DNA from: Deltaproteobacteria bacterium
GTDB lineage: Bacteria; Myxococcota; Kuafuiibacteriia; Kuafuiibacteriales; Kuafuiibacteriaceae
NCBI GenBank assembly: GCA_040218735.1
Contig: JAVJQW010000006.1
Span: forward strand, 64,001-128,000
Length of the DNA stretch: 64,000 bases
Direction of reading: 5' to 3'
Part shown: one piece after another, positions 38,566-48,564 of the stretch
Numbering within the stretch: position 1 is the stretch's first letter
Layout: every line of letters starts with the position of its first letter
Position numbers and translations under genes: made by a program
Notes under the pieces: generated by a model
Seen by the model: the letters and a program-made list of their open reading frames with translations, nothing else
Database searches by the model: none
Told to the model about the DNA's origin: nothing

Positions 38566-41500
38566 TTATAGAACGTCGACGCGGAATACGAGTTCGCCTT
38601 TCGTCGTCCTATCGCTTGTCTCCTGACGACGTAGCGCTCGCCTTACCCATGTATAGACGATGATATTTAGTCCATACCGAACCCGCAGTTCATCCGCCAA
38701 GGTCCGATGAATCGATGTCCGAACGCCACTTCCGAGGCTCTGTTCCTCGTAGAGGCCGACGGCTCTACCGCCCTCCCAGTATCGCGTCCGAGTAAGTGGC
38801 GTGCCGTTTCGGACCATTGTGAAGGAACCGTCTGATCGCCATTCAAGTCCAAGTTGTCGCATCCAGAAACCAGGCACGACGGCAATGGCGTTCTCGTCGA
38901 GCAATGCGAGGCTCCCCCGGTGAAGCGCGAGCAGCGGGACCTCGGCGGCTCCTTTGAGTTCCACTGCCGGCGGAATCGCTTCAGCGATGACCCGAACTTC
39001 TTCGGCCGAGTAGCTTCCCTCTTCAAGGGTTCCGATGCGAAGCAGATTTCGATGAACGATACGCGCCAAATCGTCTTGACTAGCGTTCTCAACTCGATCC
39101 GACGCCGCCAATGCAGCGAACCTCCCAACGTCGTAGCCTGCTCCCTTCGTTGACGAGATGAAACATCGATCGAAGACAGGAGTCCACTCCGGCTTCCTCC
39201 GAACGATGAGGGCATCCGGAACGGCCCTGAGCTCGCACCAGGCCGCTTCCGACGCCCTCGATTCGGGCCCAGAAAGGTCAAGTGCGCGGAGATCCCCGGG
39301 CGGACGGGTGGCTGGACACCAGGATGTCCACCAGTCGCGCGAACGAAGCAACCGCATGACCTCCTGCCTTCGATTGTTCGGACACAGCTCTTCCGCAACG
39401 GCGTTGAGGCCCTCGCGAAATGCCGCCGAGGATGCCGGCTCAAACGGTATCCATGCATAGTTCATACCCTGCGGGTGAATGCTACTACGCCGAAGGGCCT
39501 CGTCTTCCTCGCGCAGGGTCCCCACACTAATCCCCTGGATCTCCAAGTACCGCTCCACTCGCCATAGAAGTTCATCTCCACCGATTGATAGGCAGGCGGC
39601 TAGATGCGGCACGATGTCGGTGACTCGTACAAGACTCTGATCACGAATATCACGCATGAACTCTCGAGACGGACGTATGCCAGGCGGGAGAGATACCCTT
39701 CCCGAAATCCTGTCGTTCCGCGGTATGGCGCGCTCAGGCAGCAGCTCATCGATCAGCTCCCGTCCCTCGAAGTGAGTCCAGCGGTCCATCAAAGCCCGAA
39801 GACACGGCGCAGACGACGCGTCAAATACTCCGCAAGTTCTCCAGGCCGTGAGTACGTATAAAGCCTCGGTCTTGACCCATTGCGGCGAGTCTCCACAGGC
39901 AACCGACACCACAAACGGCACCCAAGTCGCCGGATCGATCCCTCCGACAACTATCATGCGCCTCAGCAGCGACCGTCGCCGACGCAACTCGCGGATCTCA
40001 GTCCATCGCGTGCGAATCATGTCCAAGCCAACCGACCAGAATGATTCTTCAAAGTGGTCCCTGAACGCACTCTCGTACGATGGTAGGTCAAGTTCAAGAT
40101 GACTAAACCTCGCCAATACGTGCGTCCGCAGACCATCGTAGATCCGTTGCAGTACGGAGTGTCGGTCGGCCTCGAACCTATCGAGACAACGCATGAGAAG
40201 GAGATCCGCGCCGTGGGCCCGCCCGTACTGCGTAAGATGTCTCCGCACAGAAGCGAGTGCAACCAAGAGCGGTCGCGATCGATCACTTCGATGGGACGCG
40301 TCTAGGTATTGAATATTCTTATCCCAGATTCCCCAGCCATACGCCGTCTCGAAAGCCCTCTCGAAGTAGTTCAAGCAGAGCTCAGCCTCCCCGACGCTCT
40401 GATATGCGCTTGCAATCGCCGCGTAGCTCTCTGCCTCTCTCGCGACGCCAATGAACTCAACATCAACGATGCGGTCAACGTCGGCTCGGACCGTAGCCAT
40501 ACTAAGGAGATGCCGCGCAGCCGCACCAATTGACTCTTGGTAAGCGAAGTCAACGCCCGTACGCCGCGCCCTCGCTACGAATGCCCCGAATGCGTCAACG
40601 CTATCCCCAATCAAGCGCTCCACATCCTCCGGCCGAATCGGCTTGCCATCCGAACCCGTGAGCAGCCTATCGTCCCCGACCGAACGATCCGCCGTCCCCG
40701 GATTCACCACTGGGCTGACGCTAGCGGGTATGGCCGCAACGCCCAGCCGTCTCGCGATATCGTTGAAATCGGGCGCAAACTGGGCTGTCGTCTTGGGATC
40801 TACCTCGCAACGCAAGAATCGCTCAACATCAGCAGCGAGAGGTATCGAATGGGGCGAACCACCTTGGACCATAGAACCAAGGACTCGAAGAAGCGTACGC
40901 GCCTTCGGCTCAAAGCCGTCGATATCAGCGCAGTCGTCCATCAGATGAGTTAGCACGTAGGCTACGAGAGGATCCCACGCGTCCAGCTCATGAAGATAGA
41001 TAGAAATGCAATCGTCCACTTTCCACGCGCCTACCGTTCCCTCCAGCAAGCGGAGAAACGGAAGGGCGCGAGTAGGTCGCGATTCAACGACTCGACGAAA
41101 TAGGGCCTGCGCGAAGTGCTGCGTGCCTTTTCCGTCGGTCACAGCCTCCATAGCAGCTGCGCAAGACGCCATCTGGGCCCAGCCCTTCTCATCAAAGAAC
41201 GAATGCTTAGCCGCGAACTCGGAAGCATCAATCAATAGATCCAGCGTGCCGTCCTTCCTGTGACCATAACCACCACTGGAGAGAACTGCATCTCGGAGAC
41301 AATCACGTGCGACCTTCTTCCATCCGCAGCGCCCCGCTACAGTACCGAGTCTGAGGAAGTGGGATGTCCGAGTCGCAGTCTCTTGAGTCTCCTTGGCAAT
41401 CTTGTCCCTGAGTCTATCGAACGTCGGCTCCATTGCGGAGCGAAGGCCCGGGAAGCGACCCATCACCTCTAGCAGTAGGAGCTCAAGCCGGTAGTCAACT

Positions 41501-44500
41501 ACCACGTCACCAATCCCGTAGTGCGTATTGGCGATATCAGATCTGGAGAAGACTTCGAGGGCCACGCTGACGCGCTCTGCTGAGACTTGGTGGTGCAGCA
41601 GAAACTGCAGGAGCCCCGAAAGCCACGTCGCCAGGTCGGCGCGAATCTCGCTAAACTTCTCGAATATTCGCGCCTCGTCGCCACGGGGTTGCTCCGAAAG
41701 CCGGGCGAGAAGGGCAAGCCCAGAGCGCTCAGGGGTCTCGCAGGGCGCCGGATATCGAGTAGCCAGCAGCATCAGGTCCATGTTCAGTTTGTAATAGAAG
41801 CTCAACCAGCCAGGAGTGAGACTCAGTCGGCTCGCAACAGCCTTGAGTTCGTCACCCCTCTCCAAGTAGACCAGGATCCGAACGTAGTCCCGGAAATGAG
41901 CAAAGGCCTCGCGTGTCATTCCATAGAACACCTGCTCCTCAAGATTCGGGTAGACCAGATTTCCAAGGAGCGTAGCTGCCGCTGCACGCCCAAGGTCGAA
42001 GCGTGCTACAAGCGCGCCCACCATGAGCCGATCACAGGATTCACGCGCTGCTCCGACAGCCTCCCGTACCGCCCAGGTGGCGCCCGGGAGGTTGAGATCC
42101 GCCTGTACAGAGGCCATCTCTAGGGTCCAGTAGGCGCGAATCTCGCCGGCGGGATCCGTTCGCTCAAGCAATCTCCGAAGTACTCGAAGTGACGCCGAAT
42201 GCCCAAATGACGCCCAGCCTCGAATGGCGACTCGCAACAGCTCTCGACCAGGATCTCCGCGAGGCTGCGTGTTTCCGAGGTTCGCGTCAACGATGTTGAG
42301 GACCCAGATTGGGCTAACAACATCGTAGATGCAGCCAATCCGTACACACTCACTTAGATCGTCGCGAGAGGTGGATTGTGAACCACGAATGGCGGCCTGA
42401 ATCGTATTCAAGGCAACGGTACGACAGCTTTCCAGATGGCCAGAACGGGCTAACGTCGCCAACGTGCTCCACGACGCAAGGGGCACCTCACCGCGCGCTA
42501 CGGCAGCGAGCACGCGCTCAGCCTCTGTCTCGCCCTCACCGGCCGCTTCAATACAGGCATCGAGTTCCGCAACATCAATCTCGTATTCGAGTCGAACACT
42601 CGCATCAGTCATACAGCGCGCGCAGTCAGCTGCAAGCACGACGTCATTCACTATGACCGACCGATCAAATGCCAAGAGCAACGAAGCCTGGGTTTCCTCA
42701 AGCGGCCGGCCGGAAGTAATGGCCTGCTCGACATACTGACGCGCGACGTACTCACGAATGAGGTCGTCGCGATGGGCGCTCACCGCATACCCCATTGCAT
42801 GTGCGAACCAGTCCTTCGTCCATCGGTGTTTGTCGAGGTGTTGAAGAATTTGGTCGTCGACGGACCTAATCTGCTCCTCGCTGAGCCGGGCTTCCACAAA
42901 GAGTCGGAAGCTGTTGTGGAATATGCGCATCGCTGCATTACCCCCGGACAGGAGGTGGCGCACGCGTTGCAACACCGCTTCGGACGCGAACGCATCCGCG
43001 TTGAGGAGTGCGCAAAAGTCCGACTCGGGCAACGTAAAGCTCAGCCTCGCCAAGAGAGCGCAAGCTCGTTTGGTGATTTGGTCAGTGGAGCTATGCGACC
43101 ACAGCCATGAGTAGTAGCTGGTGATGTCGCCGCTATATGGCGGAAGCGCGTGCAGGAGCGTACGCAGCTCGCACGGTTCGTGATTTCGCACGTATTCCGC
43201 GGCATAGTGCACGTACAGCGGCAGTCCCTCGGTGATGCGTTGAAGGAGAGCGCGGTTCTCCGGCCCCCCTAACGCAACGCCCGACGCGCGCTCGAAGCAG
43301 CGTGACGATTCTTGCTCGGAGAACGGGGGAATTCGAACAATTCCGTCGCGGAGCTGCTCTTGGAGATATGGCGCGAGAAACGACGTGTCTTGAGTCCCCA
43401 GAACAGACACAGCGGTGAGCGGGAGAACGCGGGAAAGGAACGAGGTGAACTTATCTTGACCAGGAAGTTGCGCCCTCTCGGCGTGATCTAAGCCGTCGAC
43501 AATTATGAGCAGCTTTCTGCCTGCCGCGGTCAACGCATCGGAAAGTTCGCATAGGAGCTGCCCCAGTCGCTCCACAGAATAGTCGTAGCGCCGCCCGGTT
43601 TGAATAAGATCGCCGTACTTCGTCCAGACTTGCTCGCTCAGTCCCCGAACAAATGACTCGACACCTGCTCTTCTTGACTGCTCTGGGTCGAGCATTGACA
43701 CGTAGGCGTAGTACCTCAAGACGGTAAACCGACCATAGCCGTCAAGTTCGTCGCCGAGCCGCGAGAGCAAGGTCGACTTGCCAGAACCTGGAGGCCCGAC
43801 GACTGCCAGAAGACGGGCGCCTTCGGCTTCAATGCGGTCATGAAGGCTCTCTAGCAGCCCTCCTCGATTGATGTGCGTTCTTCGATCAACCGGGAAGACC
43901 TGGGGCAAGGTTGAACGATCCAACTGCAGCGCTCGAAGTAGTTCCTGTCGAGTGATGGGGGTCGACGCCCGCTCATGAAATCGTCGTTCTATGAATTGTA
44001 CGTAGCGGTTTACGACGGACGGATCAGAAATACCCAACTTCGAGTCGAGGTCCGCGACGAGCTGCCCGCGCAGGCCATCTGATGAGGGTCGCCGAAGGTT
44101 GAACCGAAGAGACTCAAGAAAGAGGGCAAACTCAGGATCGTCGGGGCTACCGCAAGCAGCGGCGAGCTTAGCACGACGGCGCTTGTGCCCCTTTTGGCCT
44201 TCGATGACGCCCAGCGCTACTCGGTCATTGTTGAGAATTCGGGCGAGGTCGGTATCCGCAGATCGGTTCGTATACACGTGGACAATGATGTCCGTCCTCC
44301 TCGACCTTAGGCGTCTCCATCCGTCGAACAGGTCCCTAATGGAGACTATGCTCTCTCGGGGCGACGGTGACGTACCGAGAAGCTGCTCGTACGTGTAGAC
44401 CCCATGGGGATCTGCGGAATGTTTGGCTTGGAACGCTTCGAGCAAGCTTCGTCGCTCGACAATAATATCGTCAACCGGGGCGGCTTCCCGATGCTCGTGA

Positions 44501-44619
44501 TAGACAGCGACGACATCTTCGTCGGTCAACAGCCGTAGCGCCTGCAGTTCGAGCAGCCGCTGTTCGTATGCGTCACCCCAGCGCCTTGCGGCGCTGAACT
44601 TCGTTGCTGGACCGAGCAT
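38566..44619 (-). CDS. 2017-aa STAND/NACHT NTPase with N-terminal PD-(D/E)xK-like nuclease; Avs3a-like antiphage candidate
   Basis: PVDDIIV..FQAKH; Walker A GPPGSGKST; Walker B LIIVDGLDH; EGLPLYV; IFHNSFR; long helical C-terminus with GYGHRKD. Confidence 0.8.
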   Translation of the reverse strand: MLGPATKFSAARRWGDAYEQRLLELQALRLLTDEDVVAVYHEHREAAPVDDIIVERRSLLEAFQAKHSADPHGVYTYEQLLGTSPSPRESIVSIRDLFDGWRRLRSRRTDIIVHVYTNRSADTDLARILNNDRVALGVIEGQKGHKRRRAKLAAACGSPDDPEFALFLESLRFNLRRPSSDGLRGQLVADLDSKLGISDPSVVNRYVQFIERRFHERASTPITRQELLRALQLDRSTLPQVFPVDRRTHINRGGLLESLHDRIEAEGARLLAVVGPPGSGKSTLLSRLGDELDGYGRFTVLRYYAYVSMLDPEQSRRAGVESFVRGLSEQVWTKYGDLIQTGRRYDYSVERLGQLLCELSDALTAAGRKLLIIVDGLDHAERAQLPGQDKFTSFLSRVLPLTAVSVLGTQDTSFLAPYLQEQLRDGIVRIPPFSEQESSRCFERASGVALGGPENRALLQRITEGLPLYVHYAAEYVRNHEPCELRTLLHALPPYSGDITSYYSWLWSHSSTDQITKRACALLARLSFTLPESDFCALLNADAFASEAVLQRVRHLLSGGNAAMRIFHNSFRLFVEARLSEEQIRSVDDQILQHLDKHRWTKDWFAHAMGYAVSAHRDDLIREYVARQYVEQAITSGRPLEETQASLLLAFDRSVIVNDVVLAADCARCMTDASVRLEYEIDVAELDACIEAAGEGETEAERVLAAVARGEVPLASWSTLATLARSGHLESCRTVALNTIQAAIRGSQSTSRDDLSECVRIGCIYDVVSPIWVLNIVDANLGNTQPRGDPGRELLRVAIRGWASFGHSASLRVLRRLLERTDPAGEIRAYWTLEMASVQADLNLPGATWAVREAVGAARESCDRLMVGALVARFDLGRAAAATLLGNLVYPNLEEQVFYGMTREAFAHFRDYVRILVYLERGDELKAVASRLSLTPGWLSFYYKLNMDLMLLATRYPAPCETPERSGLALLARLSEQPRGDEARIFEKFSEIRADLATWLSGLLQFLLHHQVSAERVSVALEVFSRSDIANTHYGIGDVVVDYRLELLLLEVMGRFPGLRSAMEPTFDRLRDKIAKETQETATRTSHFLRLGTVAGRCGWKKVARDCLRDAVLSSGGYGHRKDGTLDLLIDASEFAAKHSFFDEKGWAQMASCAAAMEAVTDGKGTQHFAQALFRRVVESRPTRALPFLRLLEGTVGAWKVDDCISIYLHELDAWDPLVAYVLTHLMDDCADIDGFEPKARTLLRVLGSMVQGGSPHSIPLAADVERFLRCEVDPKTTAQFAPDFNDIARRLGVAAIPASVSPVVNPGTADRSVGDDRLLTGSDGKPIRPEDVERLIGDSVDAFGAFVARARRTGVDFAYQESIGAAARHLLSMATVRADVDRIVDVEFIGVAREAESYAAIASAYQSVGEAELCLNYFERAFETAYGWGIWDKNIQYLDASHRSDRSRPLLVALASVRRHLTQYGRAHGADLLLMRCLDRFEADRHSVLQRIYDGLRTHVLARFSHLELDLPSYESAFRDHFEESFWSVGLDMIRTRWTEIRELRRRRSLLRRMIVVGGIDPATWVPFVVSVACGDSPQWVKTEALYVLTAWRTCGVFDASSAPCLRALMDRWTHFEGRELIDELLPERAIPRNDRISGRVSLPPGIRPSREFMRDIRDQSLVRVTDIVPHLAACLSIGGDELLWRVERYLEIQGISVGTLREEDEALRRSSIHPQGMNYAWIPFEPASSAAFREGLNAVAEELCPNNRRQEVMRLLRSRDWWTSWCPATRPPGDLRALDLSGPESRASEAAWCELRAVPDALIVRRKPEWTPVFDRCFISSTKGAGYDVGRFAALAASDRVENASQDDLARIVHRNLLRIGTLEEGSYSAEEVRVIAEAIPPAVELKGAAEVPLLALHRGSLALLDENAIAVVPGFWMRQLGLEWRSDGSFTMVRNGTPLTRTRYWEGGRAVGLYEEQSLGSGVRTSIHRTLADELRVRYGLNIIVYTWVRRALRRQETSDRTTKGELVFRVDVL

Positions 44620-44856
44620 CGTCGTCGCGACGCCGGATTCGGGTGGCCGAACGAGAGTCTGGACCTCGGTCGACTTGTTCCAACGAGCCCGAGAAGCAAC
44701 GTCGAGAATAACGCCCGACGAGGAGGGGCCGCAACCTCAGGCTTGGTAGAATTTGTGCGCTCGCGCTCCTTCGTGGCCCTCGGCGGACGCTTGGCCGCGG
44801 GCCGCTTTGCTCGGTCCCACAAAGCCTCGAAGCTCCGCAGTCCGCGCAACCCGGAC

Positions 44857-45601
44857 GGCCTGTCGCAGAAGACCGTGAACAATCGCCTGACCGTGCTCCG
44901 AAAGGCGCCCGATCTGGCGTGCGACTACGGGCTCATCGACCACGTGCCACGCCTCAAGTGGCTGCGCGTTCCGAAGCAGAAGTTCGACTTCCTCGACTTC
45001 GATGAAGCCGAACGTCTCCTCAAGGCAGCCGAGGAGGTCGAGCCGTTCTGGTTCGCGATGATCTTCACCGCGATTCGGACGGGGATGCGTCAGGGCGAAT
45101 TGCTGGCCTTGGAGTGGGATGACGTGGACTTGGTGGCCGGGCGGATCATGGTGCGGCAGTCGCATTGGCGGGGGCACACGGACACGCCGAAGAGTGGACG
45201 TGAACGTGAGATCCCGCTGGGCGACGATCTGCGCCAGGTGCTGCGCGACCATCGACACCTACGCCGCCGGCTGGTGTTCTGCGGCGAAGGTGGCGAGCAG
45301 CAGAACGAGAACCACTGTCGGCGACCGCTGTATCGGTCGGCGGCGAAAGCAGGCTTGCGCCGGATCGGCTGGCACGTTCTTCGGCACACCTTCGCCTCGC
45401 ACTTGGTGATGCGCGGCGTCGCGTTGAAGGCCGTGCAGGAACTCCTGGGACACAGCACGGATCGAGATGACGATGCGCTATGCGCATCTGTCGCCCGACG
45501 TGCGGCTCGATGCAGTCCGACGATTGGGCAAAGCGACCAAGCAGCCAGAGGGCAGAATTTGGGCACCAGGAAGTCCCACCGGTTCTAACCGGCCGAAATA
45601 G
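44857..45601 (+). pseudogene. Tyrosine recombinase/integrase, N-terminally truncated and frameshifted
   Basis: TGMRQGELLAL, HVLRHTFAS and LLGHS. One extra G at about 45459-45460 puts IEMTMRYAHL (catalytic Tyr codon 45479-45481) out of frame. No clear N-terminal domain or start codon. Confidence 0.82.
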
Positions 45602-45615
45602 TTAGAAAAAGTAAA

Positions 45616-45991
45616 TGGAGCCGGCGGGAATCGAACCCGCGTCCGAGAGTGCTCCCCCATGGAGCCCTACGTGCGTAGCCTCGTGATTCTTTCTCGCAGC
45701 GTCGTAGGATCACGGACAGCCCTCGACGTCGCCAGCCTCGGTTTGTTTCGCCCCCTCGGCGCCGAGGCGCCACCGGGGAGCTAGCTCACTTTGTTTTCGC
45801 CACGATGGGAGCCATGAGCGGGGCTACCCACCGTAACGGCTTAGTCAGACCCTATCGGGTAGATTAAGCAACAGCAGCGGCGACGAAGTCGTCGTTGGCA
45901 GTTAAAGGTTCCGTACCGTTTTTACCGGCGAGCACGGTTGCCGGACACGCGTTCCATGGATCGACACCCCCGTCGAAACCAGGTCGGCCCC
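45616..45991 (-). ncRNA. ssrA: tmRNA (one-piece), tag peptide ANDDFVAAAVA at 45899-45864
   Basis: 5' GGGGCCGACCTGGTTTCGAC and 3' GGTTCGATTCCCGCCGGCTCCA form an acceptor stem with G3:U; T-loop TTCGAT; the tag ORF ends in TAA. Confidence 0.95.
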
Positions 45992-46051
45992 GATTGTCAC
46001 AGCGGCCGGCGCACCGAAGCACACCGCCGTCGAAACGAACGGTGGACTGTG

Positions 46052-46570
46052 TCACTTCCGACGGAACTGGTCCAGGCTCACGACGTCCGCCGTGGACGAT
46101 TCTTCCTCGGCGGCCTCCGGGGCCTCCTCGGGTCCCTCGGGCTCCTCGCTCACCTCCGGCTCGACCGCCTCGACCGGCGCGATCACGCGGATCGCCTCCG
46201 TCGTCTCCGCCGTCGGCGTCAGGCGCAGCTCGAAGTCCGCGTGCGGGTCGTGAAAGCGCGTGATGGCACCCAGCGGGATCCGCAGCGTCGCCGGCACCCC
46301 GCCGAACGACAGGCCGACCGAGAAGTAGTCGTCGCCCACCACCAGATCCCAGAACCGGTTGCGCAACACGATCGTCATCTCGTCCGGGTACTGCTCGCGC
46401 AGCGACTCCGGCATGTCGACGCCGAGCGCCTTCGTCTTGAACCCGATGTAGAAGTGGTTCTTCCCCGCGGCGAGGCCCGGGGCGCCGCCCGCGATGCGCA
46501 ACGCCTCGCGGATCACGACCTCGCGCAGCGCACGCTCGACCAAGCTCCCGTAAGGAATCTCGTCCGACAT
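46052..46570 (-). CDS. sspB: ClpXP specificity factor SspB (alphaproteobacterial type)
   Basis: HFYIGFKT..GV, YPDEMTIVL..FWDL, LSFGGVP, FHDP and C-terminal VVSLDQFRRK. Confidence 0.88.
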   Translation of the reverse strand: MSDEIPYGSLVERALREVVIREALRIAGGAPGLAAGKNHFYIGFKTKALGVDMPESLREQYPDEMTIVLRNRFWDLVVGDDYFSVGLSFGGVPATLRIPLGAITRFHDPHADFELRLTPTAETTEAIRVIAPVEAVEPEVSEEPEGPEEAPEAAEEESSTADVVSLDQFRRK

Positions 46571-46655
46571 CGGTCCTGAATTGCTCGCACTGTTCTGCAC
46601 GACCCCGCAACCGAAATCAGGCCAGGGACCCGCGAACCGCCCCCTTCGGAGCCTT

Positions 46656-47291
46656 TCAGCCGCCTCCGCGCGCCATCAGCACCGGCGCCACCTGCAGCGC
46701 GATCCCCCCGAGGACGTACCCCGCCGTCACCCCCATCGCGCGGATCGGCGTGAGGTCGAACAGCCCCATCGTCGCCCCGTACAGTACGTACGCGCCCCAC
46801 GGCAGCCCGACCACCGCCCCCATCAACGGGAAGACACCGAGCACGAACACCACCGCCGCGTGATACGACGCCGCGCGAACACACCGATTGAACGCCGGCT
46901 TCTCGACCCCCGCCAACGACAACAAGAAGTTCAGCAGCACCGCGAACATCAACAGCCCGAGCGGCACCGCCAACACCGACACCCCGAACGTCCGCGCCGC
47001 CGCCGACAGCAACCCGTACTTCTCGACGAGGTTCACCGTCGGCGCCTCCTGCCCCGCCAACATCGCAAACGAAAAGCGCCCGAAGACGTCCGGGAACAAC
47101 GACGTCGGCAACGCCGCGAGCGAAGTGATCATCACGAACACGAGCGACCGCGCCATGCCCACGTCCCGGTTCGCCGCCCCGAACGTCTGCACCGGATACA
47201 GCGCCACGTTGTAGAGCGTGCGCGCGAACGTCGCCGGCCCGACCCGCGACTCCCACGGGAGCCACCGATCCTCCGCCTGCTCCTCTGCCAT
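46656..47291 (-). CDS. YIP1-family membrane protein
   Basis: LPWE N-terminal motif and about five TM segments. Confidence 0.7.
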   Translation of the reverse strand: MAEEQAEDRWLPWESRVGPATFARTLYNVALYPVQTFGAANRDVGMARSLVFVMITSLAALPTSLFPDVFGRFSFAMLAGQEAPTVNLVEKYGLLSAAARTFGVSVLAVPLGLLMFAVLLNFLLSLAGVEKPAFNRCVRAASYHAAVVFVLGVFPLMGAVVGLPWGAYVLYGATMGLFDLTPIRAMGVTAGYVLGGIALQVAPVLMARGGG

Positions 47292-47406
47292 CCGGCGAGT
47301 CTACGCCAAGTCGACCGGCCTGACCGCTGGTCCAGAGGACGAGCCACGGGACTACGCGGTCGACGGAGCGCGCCCCACGATACGCGCGTGCCAGCGTGGT
47401 CGGGCC

Positions 47407-48564
47407 ATGCCCACCGCCGCCGCCCGCGTTCGCCCCCGAGTCGTCGAGGCTACGCGCGCGCTCGCCGCGCAGGTCTGGCGCGGGGGCCGATCCCCCGTGC
47501 CGTACGGCGTCGCCGGCCTCAACTCCGAAGCCAACGTGCGCGCCCGTCTCGCCCGCATCTGCCGCGAGCTCCTCGCGCTGCCCAACCTCCCGATCGCCGT
47601 GGCCGAGGTCGTTCGCCTCCTCGAGGTCGAGCAGCGCCCGCCGCTCCACGTGCTCGAACGCACCGAAGACCTCCTCGAACACGTCGCCGGCCACATCGAC
47701 TCCGTCGACGCGCTCGTCGCCGAACCCGACCCCGTCGTCCGGCAGCTCGTCCGCCTCGCCGTCGTGCAGTCCGTCGGCGGTCGCCTCGGGTGGTGGGCGG
47801 TCCGCGGCGACGAGATCCCCGACGCACGCATCGCGCGCGCGCTCTACCGCGACGGCCCCGCCGTCGACTGGTCGCAGTACTCCGAGCTGGTCGATCGCGG
47901 CGCGGCGTGCTTCGCGGCGCGCGACTTCGCGCGAGCCGTGCAGATCCACGTCGAGCTCGATCGCCTCGTGCGCACGCCGACCGGGAAGATCCACATCGCC
48001 GTGAGCCTGTGCCACCTCGGCGACTTCATCGGCGCGCTGTGGGCGATCCGTTCGTGCCTCCTCGAACCGGACACGACCTTCGAGAGCGCGCGCTCCGCCG
48101 AACGCGCGCGCACGCTCCGCGATCGCCTCGCGGCGCTCGTCGCCGAACGTCAGCTCGAGCCCCTCGAAGCCGAAGAGGTCGAGCTCCTCGGCGGCGACAC
48201 GCACGAAGAGCTCCAGGTCGAGGACCTCCATCGCGCGCGCATGCAGCAGCGCAGGATCGTGCGGCGGGTGTACGTGCAGGATCGTTGGCGCCCCGCCGCG
48301 CGCGGTGCGCGTGAACGCCCCGCGCCGCGTGTCGTGATGGAGACGCGACCGCTCCCGATCGAAGTTCCGATCGTGCACCCCGCGACGGAGGTCGAGGCGC
48401 CCCGGCCGATCGACTTCTTCGCACCCGAGGATCGCGCGACGGAGGAGCTCGCCTTCGCGACCCTGGATGGCCCGCGTGGCGCGGTGCTGATCGCGGACAC
48501 CGCGGAGATCGTCGCGGAGCGCCGCGAGCGCTACGTCGCGACGGAGCGCATCCGCGTTCGTTGA
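47407..48564 (+). CDS. Hypothetical protein with TPR-like segment
   Basis: GAACFAARDFARA..AVSLCHLGDF; host-like codon usage. Confidence 0.6.
   Translation: MPTAAARVRPRVVEATRALAAQVWRGGRSPVPYGVAGLNSEANVRARLARICRELLALPNLPIAVAEVVRLLEVEQRPPLHVLERTEDLLEHVAGHIDSVDALVAEPDPVVRQLVRLAVVQSVGGRLGWWAVRGDEIPDARIARALYRDGPAVDWSQYSELVDRGAACFAARDFARAVQIHVELDRLVRTPTGKIHIAVSLCHLGDFIGALWAIRSCLLEPDTTFESARSAERARTLRDRLAALVAERQLEPLEAEEVELLGGDTHEELQVEDLHRARMQQRRIVRRVYVQDRWRPAARGARERPAPRVVMETRPLPIEVPIVHPATEVEAPRPIDFFAPEDRATEELAFATLDGPRGAVLIADTAEIVAERRERYVATERIRVR

Larger units (their letters stand above)
35608..45637. mobile_element. tmRNA-integrated genomic island (~10 kb) with degenerate tyrosine integrase
   Basis: 24-bp flanking direct repeats; integrase next to the att site; matching arm-like repeats at 35764-35780 and 45550-45566; visibly lower GC and many ata/cta/aga/tta codons. 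Confidence 0.9.

Noticed and set aside
45864-46610. 248-aa ORF ending in ANDDFVAAAVA
   Set aside because: It is a chance open frame running into the tmRNA tag reading frame and overlaps sspB and ssrA.
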